From the human T2T-CHM13v2.0 reference genome, Homo sapiens, in the NCBI RefSeq assembly GCF_009914755.1, contig NC_060934.1: a DNA stretch of 64,000 bases. One strand, 5' to 3'. Below the pieces are notes generated by a model. It was given only the letters and a program-made list of their open reading frames with translations, did not search any database and had not been told where the DNA came from. Shown piece by piece: positions 1-15,489 of this stretch. The translations under genes were made by a program, and so were the position numbers. Numbering within the stretch: position 1 is the stretch's first letter; each line of letters starts with the position of its first letter.

Positions 1-358
1 TATTCTTACATATATATGCTCAAAAGGAAAGTCAGATTATGCCACCCATCAGTCCCAAATCCTGGACAGGCTCACCATCCTAGTTATTAAAAGCTGAAGC
101 TCACTTAGTGGTCCATGTTGCTATGTGGTGAATGGAGTCCTGGGCCCCATGGCTTCCCTGGCTTTTTTTTTTCCTCCTACTCTCCCCCTTGCAAGGCTCA
201 TGACTCTCTAGGGCCTCATGCCTTACACTGGCCTCTTTGCTGTTTGTGGAACAATCTAGGTATGCTGGCTGTTTCTTCCACCCAGATCTATCTTCTCCCT
301 GATATCAGTGTAGCTCATTCCCTAACCTACTACTATTTTGGCTAAAAATGCAACCATG

Positions 359-675
359 GGCTGGGCACAGTGGCTCACACCTGCAATCCTAGCACTTTGG
401 GAGGCTGAGAAGGGAGGATCACTTGAGGCCAGGAATTCAAGACCAGCCTGGGCAAAAAAGTGAGACCCTGTCTCTACAAAAAAAAAATTTAAAAATTAGC
501 TGGGAGTAGCGATGTGTGTAGCTATAGTCTCAGCTACTTAGGAGGCTGAGGTGGGAGGATCACTTGAGCCCAGGGGCTCAAAACTACAGTGAGTTATGAT
601 CACTCCACTGTATTCCTGCATGGGTACAGAGTGAGACCTTGTCTCAAAACAAACAAACAAACAAACAAACAAAAA
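359..675 (+). mobile_element. AluJ-type SINE with (AAAC)n tail
   Basis: Dimeric Alu with J-type GGAGGATCACTTGAG motifs in both arms, A-rich linker and AAAC microsatellite tail. Confidence 0.93.
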
Positions 676-1538
676 CACCTACCTTGAAAGTGAGGACTTT
701 GCTGTCCACACAGTGCCCACTCCCCCTCCCCAGGCTGTCCCTATACACCTCTAAAAAGAAATTTTCTAGCTGTAGCCCTCCCTAAGGACCCCATCAGATC
801 TTATGGGAATAGGATAACTTCTCACTTTTCTTCCTATTATGCTTATTTGCAATGTGGCCCAAAAATGATTGTGTAGGTATTAGTGACATAGTTGTGGCAA
901 GAAGCCAAGCCAGGAATGAGGGCCATACCCCTAGGGACTGTCTTCCTGGGTCCAAAGGAAAGACCAAGTTTGCTGAAATTTTAACAGGAAATTCTTACAA
1001 GATAATGCCCTTCTGAAATTGCCCTGATCTTCAGGAATATGAAGGAAGCATATATAAGTACAACAAAAATACATTTTAGTCAAAGGCTGAATGGCAGAGT
1101 ATTTAAGTCAAAATTTAACCACGACTGAAGCTAAATATCACCTTCACAGAATAAAATTTCTGAGATAAGAGTATATCTTAAGTCCAAAACTTGTGAAATA
1201 ATAATATTTAACTATTTTCAATACTACACTATTACAGGAAAATTAACTGCTTTTAAAAATAATAGTCAAATTTTATAAGTTTGCCATTAAAGGAAAAGAA
1301 AAAATGCTTCTGAATTGTAACTAGCTAATTGCAGCTGCAGCTCCCAAACTGCACATTTGCAACACTGTTTTGAAGTTCACTTCCAACCCAGGTCAATGGA
1401 AGACATAAAGTATATTTTGATCAGTTTTGTTTCTATTGTTTCTTACAGCTGATGTTACCACCAAGGTCTTACAGTATTTATGTCCTCTAATAGTAACCAG
1501 TGAAAGTCTCTTCAACTCCTAAGCCAAATGCTGATGAT

Positions 1539-2297
1539 TGTGATAATGAATTTTATGTGTCTAGTTGACTGGGGTTAAAGGCCAGGCTCAGTGGCTCATG
1601 CCTGTAATCCCAGCACTTTGGGAAGCCAAGGCAATAGGATCAGTTGAGCCCAGGAGTTCAAAACAAGCTGGGGCAACATAGTGAGACCCCCATCTGTATA
1701 AAAAAAAAAAAAGTAAAAATTAGCCATGCATGGTGGCATATATCTGCAGTCTCAGCTACTCAGGAGGTTGAAGCAGGACATTCACTTGAGCCCTGGAAGC
1801 TGAGGATGCACTGAGCCAAGATTGCACTACTGCACTCCAGCCAGGGCGACAGAGCCAGGCCTGGTCTAAAAGAAAAAAAAAAAAGGTTGACTGGGCTGAA
1901 AGATACCCAGACATTTGGTCAACCATTATTCCAGGTATTTCTGTGAGGGTATTCTTATATTTTCATATTCTTGTATGAGCTTAACATTTAATTTGGTACT
2001 TTGAGTAATAAAGATCACCCTTCCTAATGTGGAGAAATATATTAATCATCCACTAATAGAGTCCAAAGAGAACAAAAATTTGACCTCTCTTGCAAAAGAG
2101 AGACTTTCTCTTGTCTGATGGTCTTTGAACTAAGGCATCAATTTTTTTCTTGCCTTTGAGATCTACCTGAAGCATCAGCTTTTCCTGGGTCTCAGGCCTG
2201 CCAGCCCTTAGATGGGAACTACCCCACTGGTTCTGCTGGTTCTCAGGCCTTCAGACTTCAACTGGAGCTTTCGCTTCTCTGGAGAGCCCTAAGACAA
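1539..2297 (+). mobile_element. MLT2-family (ERVL) LTR split by an Alu
   Basis: Starts TGTGATAATGAATTTTATGTGTC; resumes after the Alu with CCCAGACATTTGGTCAACCATTATT; ends near TCTCTGGAGAGCCCT. Confidence 0.8.
1580..1885 (+). mobile_element. AluJ inserted in the MLT2 LTR
   Basis: Full dimer; degenerate TSD GTTGACTGGGGTTAA / GTTGACTGGGCTGAA. Confidence 0.92.
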
Positions 2298-2486
2298 TTA
2301 CAATTTTATTGATGCAGTTCACAAACTCAACCTCTGTGCACTGCTTGCAGAAGATACTATTTTCAGAAGCAACATTATGGCCTTTTACTTATTTTTATTT
2401 CAATATATTTACAGGCCCTTACTGTTTCACATAATCAGTTGTGTACAAATTGTGCTTAAACCTCAAACAAAAAAAATGTGGTGATG

Positions 2487-2797
2487 AGTCAGACATGGTC
2501 GCTCACGCCTATAATCCCAGCACTCTGGGAAGCTGAGGCAGGAGGCGCTTGAAGCTATGGGTTTGAGACCAGCCTAGGCAACAGGGTGAGACCCCCATCT
2601 CTACAAAAAACAAAAATATTTTAAAAAAATAACTAGCCAGGCATGGTGGTGGATGCTTGTAGTCCTAGCTGTTCAAAAGGCTGAGGTGGGAGGATCACTT
2701 GAGCCCAGGAGTTCAAGGCTGCAATGAGCTAGGATCACACTACTGCATTCCAGCCTGGGTGACACAGTGAGATCCTGTCTCAAAAAACAAACAAAAA
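2487..2797 (+). mobile_element. AluJ
   Basis: Full dimer, J-type right arm, TSD-like AAAAATGTGGTGATG / AAAAAGTGGCAATG. Confidence 0.92.
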
Positions 2798-5021
2798 GTG
2801 GCAATGAAGCTATAAGCTTGAGTTTTAAGATAAATAAAACAGTCTCCAAATTGCCACCTCCAACTCAGCTTTCACTGCACATATACCCATTTTATTATTT
2901 TTCCTGGAATAGAATGGTAGAAAAATCAAGCAAGCCCCATGTAACAAATATGTGCCCTCACAAGAAAGATCAGCAAGCTCTAATAAGATGAAGTAGTTTC
3001 TGTAAGACCAATATTAGTAGTTCATAAGTCTATTTTGATTTTGGTAAGCAAATTGGCTCATAGCTATACAGGTAAGATTAATTGCAAAGAACAGTATTAA
3101 AGTTATTTGTCTCAGGCAGGGTTTTGTTTTTTTTTCTTACATGTAATTTCTGTTATTCCAAGTTATTTGAATATGATAAGGCAGTGCCAAAATTTCTTGC
3201 AAATCATGAAGTTCATCTATGGCTGAAGAATGATAAAAGGCTCTCAAATATGACCTATAATTCTGAAGTATCTTCCGTACTGTACCTGCTTTCTGAACAC
3301 ATGACTGAAATGTGTGAATAAATGGGAGAGGCTCCCTAAATTATTCACAGCCCGCACCAGGCATTCTGTGTCATCAATAACATTTGCATGATGTGAAAGT
3401 CCATATGCACTTACGTTCAGCTTCCCAAAAGCTAAGCCATAAGGTAATGCCAAGTAGCAGATTTGAGCAAATACTGACACAAGACTAAAGGTAAAATTCA
3501 GGGCATCCCAAAATCCTGTGAGATTAAAAGAATCAGGAAGCAAAAATATAGAAAAGGCTGGCACGCCCCATCTCTTGGCTCTGGCAAAGAATAGGCACTT
3601 GCCTAAGGAATAATGGCCCCGAGATACTAGAGGTGAACCATGGCCAAAGCCCAACAATGCACTGGAGGAACATTCCAGGGACTACACAGGCAAGAACAAA
3701 TGCACAACAAACCTGGTAATAGCCGCAGGTTAGAGGACAGTTTCTTTTAATGAGAGGAGAGAAGGGCCAGTAAGTAACTGGAATGCCAACCAGATTATTT
3801 TAGGTGTAAATTGACATATTTCTATGCACAGCCCCATGGACATAGATCACATAATGTACACTCCAAATGGACATGTATCACAACTTGACAATGAAGAGAG
3901 AGAATACTGATAGTAATGTCAAGGCTTCTTTTTTTTAAATATCTTTTTACTTTAGGTATATAAAGGAAAATGAACTCACCCTGATTAATTGAAAAATGAA
4001 AATAAGACTTACAATGACTACTTGTCATAATCATGTAGAAAAATGGCCTTAAAAAGTGCATATATATCCCATTACCAGGGGAAGACAACATTGCTTGTGA
4101 TTAAAAGTTTGTTTTCTTATTTAATTTGGTTGTGATCAAAAGTAATCTGGAACCCTAACTCAGGGCAAATAAATAATACGTGGTTAAATTTTTTAACCAA
4201 CTCAGTCATTAGGATTAAAGTGGGGAGTTTTATCTTTTAAATGCTGCATTCATTTCAGACATTTTGCTTTTCTGATTATGAGAAGCAAGACATTTATGTG
4301 CTTTTATGGGCTTTCTCATAAGAATTTGTACAAATATGCTACAATATGCATTTGCTTTACTATTAAACAGGTCAAGAGGACCATAAGGTACAATTACCAT
4401 TTATTTCTATATGCCAAGTTTTCTGGCATATATTCTTTGGGAGACTATAAGTCTATCTGGCTGCTTTTGACCAAAGAGATTATTAATTCTACCAGAATCA
4501 GTAGCTGAAGTTGAGTGTAGATAAATTTAACTTCTTCTGGATCATTATTTTAAAAATCTCATTTTTAATATAAATATGTATTGATTTTGCTTATTGTCTA
4601 AATATGTCTAATGGAGAAAATTTTTTAAGTATGGATACATAAATAGAAAAACACAGAAACAAAATATCACTTATATTCTACCACTGAAGACAACAAACAT
4701 TAACATTTTAAACTTTATCTCTCTCATCTCTTTGCTATGCTTATCCAAATTATATTTTTTACAAAAACTCATTATTTCTTAACTTTTTCCATGACTGCTA
4801 AAGTGAACTACATATTGTGTACTGATTTCCATTCCATTAGCTACTCTTTTACAAAAGCATGTTAAAGACTACATAGCATTCTACTGTATGGATGTTCTAT
4901 AAATATATTTAGCTATTGAACTATATGTATTTATAACATAATGAGTCAAAAATGTACAATGATGATTTAAATTGCATTCTTAATGCATTTGACCACTTTT
5001 TCTACTGAAAGTCATAAAATC

Positions 5022-5442
5022 AGTAGAGATTTCAAGCTATCCATCAAAATCTATTCTCCCTTTTTTCCTGAAAACATAGCTGAGATTACATTCCCCAATT
5101 CCCCTTGCTTCTAAGTATGAACCATATCCAGAAGGATATATGTTATTTTCAGGCTTAAACTTTAAAACATTGCACATGTGTTTCTCTGCATTCATTTCTC
5201 CCCCAAGAATCTCCCATCCATGTCTCTACTGAAACCATGAATTTGCAGCAACCCAGCTTTAACCAAACAGATCACAAAAGACCCTAGAATAGAGCAATGA
5301 CTCGAAAGTAACCCGAGTCCCTGAATGACTGGGTGGAAGATACCATTCTTGGACAAATGTGAAAGAAAGAAAATCATACATTTGTTCTTTAACTTATTAT
5401 ATCATCTGATCTCTCTGTTACAGTAGCAATTATGCCTAATTC
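5022..5442 (+). mobile_element. Old MLT1 (MLT1J-like) MaLR LTR
   Basis: Resembles MLT1 consensus: ATTACATTCCCCAATTCCCCTTGC...GAGTCCCTGAATGACTGGGTGGA...TGTTACAGTAGC. Confidence 0.6.
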
Positions 5443-7694
5443 ACCTTCTCCTTATCCAGTGTAGTTCATCTACAGTAAATTATAACCCCATTTCTGCTTA
5501 GTCTGAAATTCAGGGTATACTGGAAGTTCCCCTTCCTGAAGTCTTCAGATCTTTGCTTCAGGAGCAACCCAATCATAATTTCCGTTTCGGAATCTCTGAA
5601 AATAATAAGGAATGAGAAACATTCCTTAGGCCACAAATCAGGAAGGTCCTCAATGTTTTCTGCTTCAAGGTTTTTTTTAATTGACATTTGACAAAATGAG
5701 GCAATACTACCCACTCTCAATTCAAGAGGAGGCTCACTCAGATTAGAAGCCAGTCCTGTCGTTGATATCAATGTCCTTTTGATATAATAATAACCTGTAT
5801 ATAGGTGCTCAAAGAAACCCTGGAAATAGTCAAGATCCTTCTTTTTACAAGTGCAGAAACTGATGCCCAGAGAAGTTAGCAGCCTTGTCCAACATTAAAC
5901 AGGTGCAGATGCCACTAAGAATCAGAACTCAGAAATTCTGATTTCTTGTCAAAAATACTTTCTGCTACTCTAAAATACAAAAGCACCAATAGGAAGAATT
6001 CCTTTTCAAATGTCCTGTCTTTTAATCCTCAACCACATTGTCTTTTTCCCCAGTGCTACCCCTACTTAAAACCAAACATACTGCAACCCAGTACACACAG
6101 TCCAGTCAGTTCTCCCAGGCTGAATGAGAATCATTCATTCATTGAACAATTATTATACAATAACTATGGATTTATCACTGTTGAATAGGATACAATTTTT
6201 GCCTAAGGAAGTATACATCTAGAAAGCAAGCAGTTATAATATTTTGAGTGTGGTTAGGTATGGAGGATAGAGGAAAAATAAAATATTTATGGTTTTATAT
6301 AATTACAAACCCTAAACCAGTCCTGAAGGTCATAGAAGGCTTCCTGGAAGGGGTGCCATGAGGCTGATTTCCAAAAAAATGTGTAGAAGATAAATTATAT
6401 GAAGTAGACAGACTGGGACAACTGGAACTATCATATATAATGGAACTCTAGGGGAAATCTCTATTTAACATCTGTTCCTATCTCCTTCAAATCCATTACC
6501 CTACTACCCTCCCCATATGCTTTTCCCATACACCAATTTCTGTTCCACGTGATGAGACAATACTAGTCATAACCATGAAAAAAATGTAAAACCCTACAGC
6601 CACCATGGACTTTGATTTAAATTAAAAATACTGGAAATAACTTCATTTTACTGCAATTTAAATCTCCTCTTTATTGTCACATTAATATTCTGTGCAAAAC
6701 TGAAATATATTCTGAAAATATTCTGTTTTTTAATGCATGAAGGACCATGATTTTGAAATAGCTCCTTAAAAGACTGATGAAGCCTTTAATCATTTGTCTA
6801 GATGGAGGAGGTAAATGGGCCTGCCGCAGGGTCTCTAGGTCATGCCATCATCTGCTAGCTCCAGTGTTCGGAGCTAAATGAGGAACGTTCATAATTGATA
6901 GCACAAGTGTAAATAATTCCACATACTACTGGCTTCCCAAAACCTCTTAATTATAGATATGGAGGTTTGTTGCATTTTATTAAATGTTTAAATAACCATT
7001 AAAATTATTTATGTCCCATGTATGATAATAAAATAACACAATTAAATGTGTGTTTAAATATTACCATAAAACTTTAAGCCCATTAACATACATAAGGGAA
7101 TATATTATATAAAAATATCTATCATGACATGTATACTTCAAATGAATAGGATACATAAATAAAATTATGATGTACAAAATACCTAATGTATCAAAATAAT
7201 AAAGTCCTCTTTTCAAGAATGTACAGACGTCACAGTGAAAGTTCCTTAGTGATATACCCTTGTGATTATATTGATTTTGAAGCATTCCAACTTGACGTAA
7301 TACAGTTATAAACAAAGATTTACGTCAAGTTGTCATGTTATTAGAAACATGATATGGAGCAAAATCTAATATTTTCTACCCATTTCTGAACATAAAGAAG
7401 TTTATTAATAATGCAGACCAAAGAACCTGTGTTCTTAATTTAAAAAAAACAAATGTGCATTAGTATTGATGAAAAATTATGGAAGGGATAAGTTAAAGAC
7501 CAGATCAAGTGATCATATTAAGGTAGTTTAGTTTTAAAATAAAAGTCTACACAATGCAAAACTCTCATTAAGAATCCTTATTTTGAAAGCCACAGATGTA
7601 ATATCATATAGACACATTTCTTACAAACCAAACATTTCCTATTTTATGGGAAACAGTGTGCTTAAAGAGTTACTTAAAGGATTTCTTAAAAATT

Positions 7695-8063
<369 letters not shown>

Positions 8064-9397
8064 TTAAAGCCTCCATTTTACAAATAGCAAAAGGGCAATA
8101 ATGGTACTGTTTCTATCACATTAAAAAGTGAGACTGGTGTGCTATTGTTCTTAAGGGAGAGCTAATGTTCTCCAGTTGGTTCTGATACCCTCTCTCCTTC
8201 TGCCGCCAGTCAATTAACTGTTAACTGGTTTGAGAAAATTAGCCTTTACATAGGTTTAATCATGAATAGTTAAAAAAAAAATAAGCTACCTTACCTACTC
8301 GGTGTTCTTATATAATACTATATAATATGAATATAAAATGAAATTCCTTATTCACTGTTATATGTAATCAGATAAACCAAAGAGGAGGAAAATACTTTCA
8401 ATTTAAAAAGGTAGACTGCATAATGTCTTACACTGTAATAATTACTTTGATCCAGTCTATCACTCACCACTTAAAACATTATCAACTTCAAGAGTTCCCA
8501 TCAAACATTAATAAAACATTGTTTCTATGAGATAAATGTACTCCCTCAATCCCACCCCAACTGACTAAGTCTCTCAATTTTATCTAATTTTGAGATCCAA
8601 ACATATGCCATTCCTGTGAGCACATCCACAAGAATTTGAAGAATTCAATTCCTATTCACCTTCCAAGGAACTTTCTTGTTAACATTAAAGCAGTTTCTGC
8701 ATCTTGAGTCAAATTTGGAGAGTTCCAGCACCTAAAAAAACACATTCTTACCTCTGATAAACTAGTAAATTTTGAAAAGGCTAAGATATTACCTTCTCTC
8801 AATATCAACAAGCTGACTATACACTTGCCTGTCCCAGTATCCCAGACCAGCCTCTAACCTACCTCCATTCTGCCCACTCTGGTCCAGGTCTCTGCAGGCA
8901 TTCTTACTCCGACTAAGCAGGTGGCTGGCCCTCCAGCTCGTTTTGTTCTGATTACCCAATATCAACCCTCCCCCTCTGACTTAACCCAACTCAGACGAAG
9001 CAGCTGGCTCTAATTCAACTTCTTGCTGAATCACTCACACACCTGATTTGATTCTTTCATTAGTCTTAGAGCGCCTACATTGTGCTCAGCTGTGTACTCC
9101 TATTTCAAAACAGCCTGTGATCTGTTCTTGTCCTGGTGACACTGAGATCTTTCTGCCTATTAACATGAAGAAAGATAATGTCGCCATCTCCAGATGACTT
9201 TTCTAATGACTGATCTAACACATCCTACATTATATAAAAAGCCACACTGTTCACAAGATAATGATATATATTAAAGTGAGGTCACTGTTTATCATAAATC
9301 ATAAATCTTAGGCATTTTCTTTTCTTTTGTTACCTGTGGCATACATCCCTGGCATGCCAGCAACAACCCAGGCCTAAGACCTCACAAAGTGAGCAGC

Positions 9398-9754
9398 TGT
9401 GCTATTCACCATATACTTCTGGCTCTCTACCTTCCAGGCACATGGCAGAACTGCCTTTCCCTGTCCACTTTGAACTTAGGCCCAGCCATGTATTTTCATT
9501 GAAATGGTAACAGAAGTGTCAATTCCAGGCAGTAGCTCTAAGATCCAGTGTAAGTCTCACCCCGTCTTCCAGCTAAGATGATCACGGAAGCTTTGTTGCA
9601 ATGGAGTTGCTCTGAGCCTGGTTGAGAGATGAGCAGAGCTCCCTGCTGGCCCATGTTGGGCATGTAGTGTGAGCAAAAAATCGTAAGTCAAGTTTCTAAA
9701 ATTTTTGGAGGTGCTTCTTACTCCAGCATTAACGTTGCCATTTCTGTCTAATAT
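9398..9754 (+). mobile_element. MLT1I/J-like MaLR LTR
   Basis: CCTTCCAGGCACATGGCAG...GGCATGTAGTGTGAGCAAAAAAT...TGTCTAATATA resembles MLT1 LTR consensus. Confidence 0.7.
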
Positions 9755-10781
9755 AGGAATTAAAGAAAACTTAAAAAGGTGGATTGAGACAGGCTTATAT
9801 ATCTGACAGGATTTATTAATATAATTAGTTAAAACTAAGCGAGCCCCTTTCAGCATGAAACAGTCACCATCTACTTACTTTTTTAAATAGAAATCAGTTG
9901 GCATTTTCTCCTTATTTCATCTGAAAAAAATGACAGTATTTAGACTCCAAACCATTATCATTTTTTCTTAGTTACTGGCACAGAACATCCAGGCCAGGCT
10001 TTTTATCCCATAGCACCTGTAAAGACTGCAATTCCACGTGACATAATTAACTTTAGGGACATCACTCAGTTTAGGGCTCTAATCACACATATCACATTAA
10101 ACTAGCTATAAATTAATCATAGATAATGATTATAATGTATAATTGTAATTTAATATGATTTATGGAATTACTAGAAATCAATTTCTACTAAAAATAACAT
10201 GGTATTCTAAGTGACCCTAATAACATGGTGTTCTAAATGACTTAATAAATTTTATTTCTTTGTATATTTTTAGTAAATGATTAACAACTTCATGATCAAA
10301 CCACTCAATGAGAAAACTGTTTAAAACAACATATGTAATCTTTGACTAAATACTGACCCCTAAAAATATCTATCAAAGCACATTTAGTCAAAATTTATGC
10401 CATAGCTTATTAGTGGTGTTTAAAATGACAAATTTTAGAACATTTATCTTTTGACTGAACATTTCCCTTTTGACAGTAAGGGATATACTGAAGCAAAAGT
10501 TACTTGCAGCCTGAAAGCAAATCCAAACTTCTTGTAGTACTCATAATTAAAACATATTTTCCTTTCTTACGTTTTTCCACTTGGATTAAAAGTGTTTGCA
10601 TCTAGTATTTCTATTTAAATTATCTTTTAATGTCTTTTCTTATTTATTTAATTTTCTCTGTCCACAGAATTTTATTTGATTTTTATAATCTGATATCTTC
10701 TCTAATAATTCAATTGTTTTGTATAGTTTCTCAGGATTTCAATGCAAAATTCAGCCATTTTTATAATTGTTAAAAGTTTAC

Positions 10782-11988
<1,207 letters not shown>

Positions 11989-12234
11989 TCAAAAGCAGGT
12001 TTTGAAATATGTCTCTACATTCTCACATATCCAGATTGAGCCTGGTCTGAATAAGTCTCGTTACTCATGGATGAGATTTATTCATTTACTCACTCCACTG
12101 CTTTCTTATTAATTTATTTAATTAACAACTTCAATTACTTATAGAAATTTCTTTGTTTTTGTATAAACCAAATTTGGACTAATACTGTCTAGCTCCCAAA
12201 ATGAAGAAACACATTTTTGAATTTAAAAATCCCC

Positions 12235-12580
12235 AGTAGGCAGAGCACAAAGGATTGTTTTAGGGCAGAGAAACTATTCTGTATGATACCATAGCAGTGG
12301 ATACATGCCATTAAACATTTGCCAAATCCCCTAGAATGTACAACACCAAGTACATTAGGCTTACCAGCCCTAATGTAAACTATGAACTTTGGGTGATTAT
12401 GTGTCAGTGTAGCTTCATTGATTGAAATAAATGTACCACTCTGGTGACAGATGTTGATAGTGGAAAACGCTATGTATGCATGGATTATGTATACAGAGGG
12501 TATACAGATACTCTATACTTTCCACTCAATTCTGCTGTGAGCCTAAAATTGCTCTAGAAAATAAAGTCTATTTTTTAAAA
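12235..12580 (+). mobile_element. L1MC-type 3' end
   Basis: TTTAGGGCAG.GAAACTATTCTGTATGATAC...TAATGTAAACTATGAACTTTGGGTGAT...AAATAAAGTCTATT. Confidence 0.8.
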
Positions 12581-12949
12581 CTCCTTGATAACCTACAGAA
12601 TATTTAGAGCTTTACTGTGTTAACCTAATCCAGACAACTTTACAGGGCAATGGCTGCTAAAACAGAGATAGATGTGGGATGAATAATCGTAGAACCACAG
12701 CTGTGATTTACTGTGAATTTCTTTTTTTTTTTTTTAATGAGTAAGAGGTAGTGGCCTCAACACTTTGTATTTGTTGGGTTTTGTTTTCATAATGACCATA
12801 AAGATAGGTATCATTATTGTCTTTATTTAATGAAACTAAAACAGCTGTGGTGAGACTGTGCCATTTGCCCAATGTCGTACAGCAAGTAAGAAGAAGAGCT
12901 GAGAATTTACTGCAGGCCCATCTGATGTAATATCTGATGTTCTTAGCCA

Positions 12950-13650
12950 TCCATTCATGGATTCAATATTTGTGAAGAAGCTTCTATGTTACTGGATTTT
13001 TTTGTAGTGAACAAGACAGACATGAACTCTGATCCCATGGAGCTTAGATCGTGGGGAAATTGTGTAAGAGTCAGACTAAAAAATTAAACATAGATAGGTA
13101 GACAGACAATTTTTGTATAAATTTTACAAACATACATTTAAAATACACAAAAAAAATTATTCCAAAAATGAAAGGGCTGAACAGAGAAGTAATAGGAAGT
13201 GACTAGAAGGCCACCTCAGATATGTTAGTCTGAGAACACTTCCCTGATAAATCTGCATTTTAGACTGATACAGGAATGACAACCTGCCATCTGAAGGCCC
13301 AAGGAAGAACATTCCAGTACAAAATTCCTAAGGTAGAAATGAACTTAGCATGCTTAAGTTGCCAAAATAAGGACCGTGAGAGTGGAGCATGGTAGAGCAA
13401 TGGGGGAGAAGAAGAGACGGGCCAGGGTAAGGAGTTTGGATTTGATTGTAAATGCAACAGAAAGAAGCCACTACTGGTTTTACGCAGGAAAGTGACATTC
13501 CAGGTACTGTGTAAACAACAGTTTGTAGGGAGGCACACATGGAGGAAGTCTAGTTAAGAGCCAATGAGGCTAATATATAAGAGAGATCATGGTAGTTTGC
13601 ATTAAAGTTCTAATGGTAAAAATGTAACTGAAAGGGTAAATTCCAGATGT
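12950..13650 (-). mobile_element. L2 LINE fragment
   Basis: GTGAACAAGACAGACATG...ATGGAGCTTAG and GGTAAGGAGTTTGGATTTGATT...GAAGCCACT typical of antisense L2. Confidence 0.7.
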
Positions 13651-15489
13651 GTAAATAGAGACACAGGGCTTACGGTTCTGGCCCACTACTGAATGGACAC
13701 CCTAAAAAATCACTATGGAGACCAACAGTGCTGGCATGTCTATAAAATAATTCCACTCTAGTGGATTCAGCAAAGAGCTGATGCCCTATTGCACTCTGGT
13801 TTAAGGTGGTATAAATTCCTTGGGGAATCATTCCTACATGTCAGCACCATTATACTATGTGCTCAGTTCATCAATGATGCCATGCTACAATGGTAAAAAT
13901 AAAATTAAAGTGAAATAAAATCTTAAAAACTCTAATCATCTTAATAATGCATATTTTAAGTTCCTTCCCTCCATTTTATTGCGTGATTTTAAATACAAGA
14001 GTAAGATTCAGAAATCAAACTATCCTTCTATAAAATTTCCTGCCTAAGTGCATTGTGTAGTCTATAAGTGTTCTGTAAATCTCATTAAATGATACGAGTA
14101 AAGAACTAATAAAGAATACTGGCTCCTTATTCCTGAATGTTTACAGAGCTTCCATTTTCCTTTACAGGCTCTTAATGAAGTTTAAGCAAAGTGATTCCCA
14201 ACAAAGTGATATATTGTCAGTACAATTTTGAATTTAAACCAGGGCATCAAATGGTATTAAAAAATCCCAGAATAAACACATCCATAAATTTTCCATTATA
14301 CTATTTAATAGGAATATCACAAAACTACTTTTACATGAATACGACTAGTGAGATTCTACAAAATCACAACTTAAGTTGAAGATTTCTGCATTCTTTTTTC
14401 ACTGCCAAGACTGGTGAAGTAGGGGCAACAATTATTCTCACCACATCTAAATTCCATAAAGCATTTCCATCTTCTTATGTTTAAAGGTCGTTTTTCTGAA
14501 GTGCCCTTAAATTTTGTTGTTTAATCTGCTGCCCTTGTTTGGCTTAGTTATTCAACTTGTAGAACTTCTGTGGTTCTGTTCCTTACCTGCTTGATTCTGT
14601 GATCTGGGTGAGCAATTTATATGCATATGTTTTGTGTTTTCATTCATGTTTCTATTTATTTTTCTGAAATTTATTCAATTTTTGATTTGAGAAAGTTTGA
14701 GCTGACAGAGATTTAAATGTTTATTTGTGTATGTGTCATGGCATCTTAATACCTCTCAAAGTCTTAATACACAGGAAACAGAACTCTAAGAAAAGAATGT
14801 CTAGCAGTCACCAATGAGTAGAGGAAGATGCACAAAGTCTAGGTTCTAAATATTTTATTTTGAATCACAGAAAAGACACATCACACTATAAATAAGAAAA
14901 GGAGAGAGAGCCTTGACTCAACGTGAACTCTATCTACATTAGGTTGTAATTTGTCTTACACTTTCTTTATCCATTTGCACAGTATCTATTCTCATACTGC
15001 AGGCATAGAACCCACTGCCCTCCATCCTAACTGACAACACCTCAATTCAGACCATCACCCCTCACACTGTTTGTGGAAAATAAAATTCTGAAATTTAGTG
15101 GTCGTCCTGACTAATTCTTCCATCGTGGTTATCACCATCTTTTGTGGGCTAGGCTACTTTACAAAACTGAGAATAATACAAATAACTCCTATTCTTAGAA
15201 ATGCAAATTATGTCCAGTGGACTATAATCATTACTTCCTGGATACCAACCAGTTTTGTAGTTTTAAATCCACTTACTAATTTCATCATTCCTAATCTGAC
15301 TATAACTATGTGGCATTTTGAGTTCTCTTCTGAATTTGTTGTAATACTACAGGTTTTCTCATTAATTAATGAGTTAAATAAAAATTTTGACATGTGTTCA
15401 TTTTATATTTGTGAGACACATAATTTTATTCTATTTTAAATTCATCAATTGAATATTCTACTCACTATCCCCTCTACCACTTCCTTGAA

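Noticed and set aside
3244-3657. 137-aa minus-strand ORF
   Set aside because: No recognisable homology, non-ATG start, composition typical of non-coding DNA
5466-5771. 101-aa minus-strand ORF in non-Alu DNA
   Set aside because: Non-ATG start, no recognisable domain, no supporting splice structure; length expected by chance
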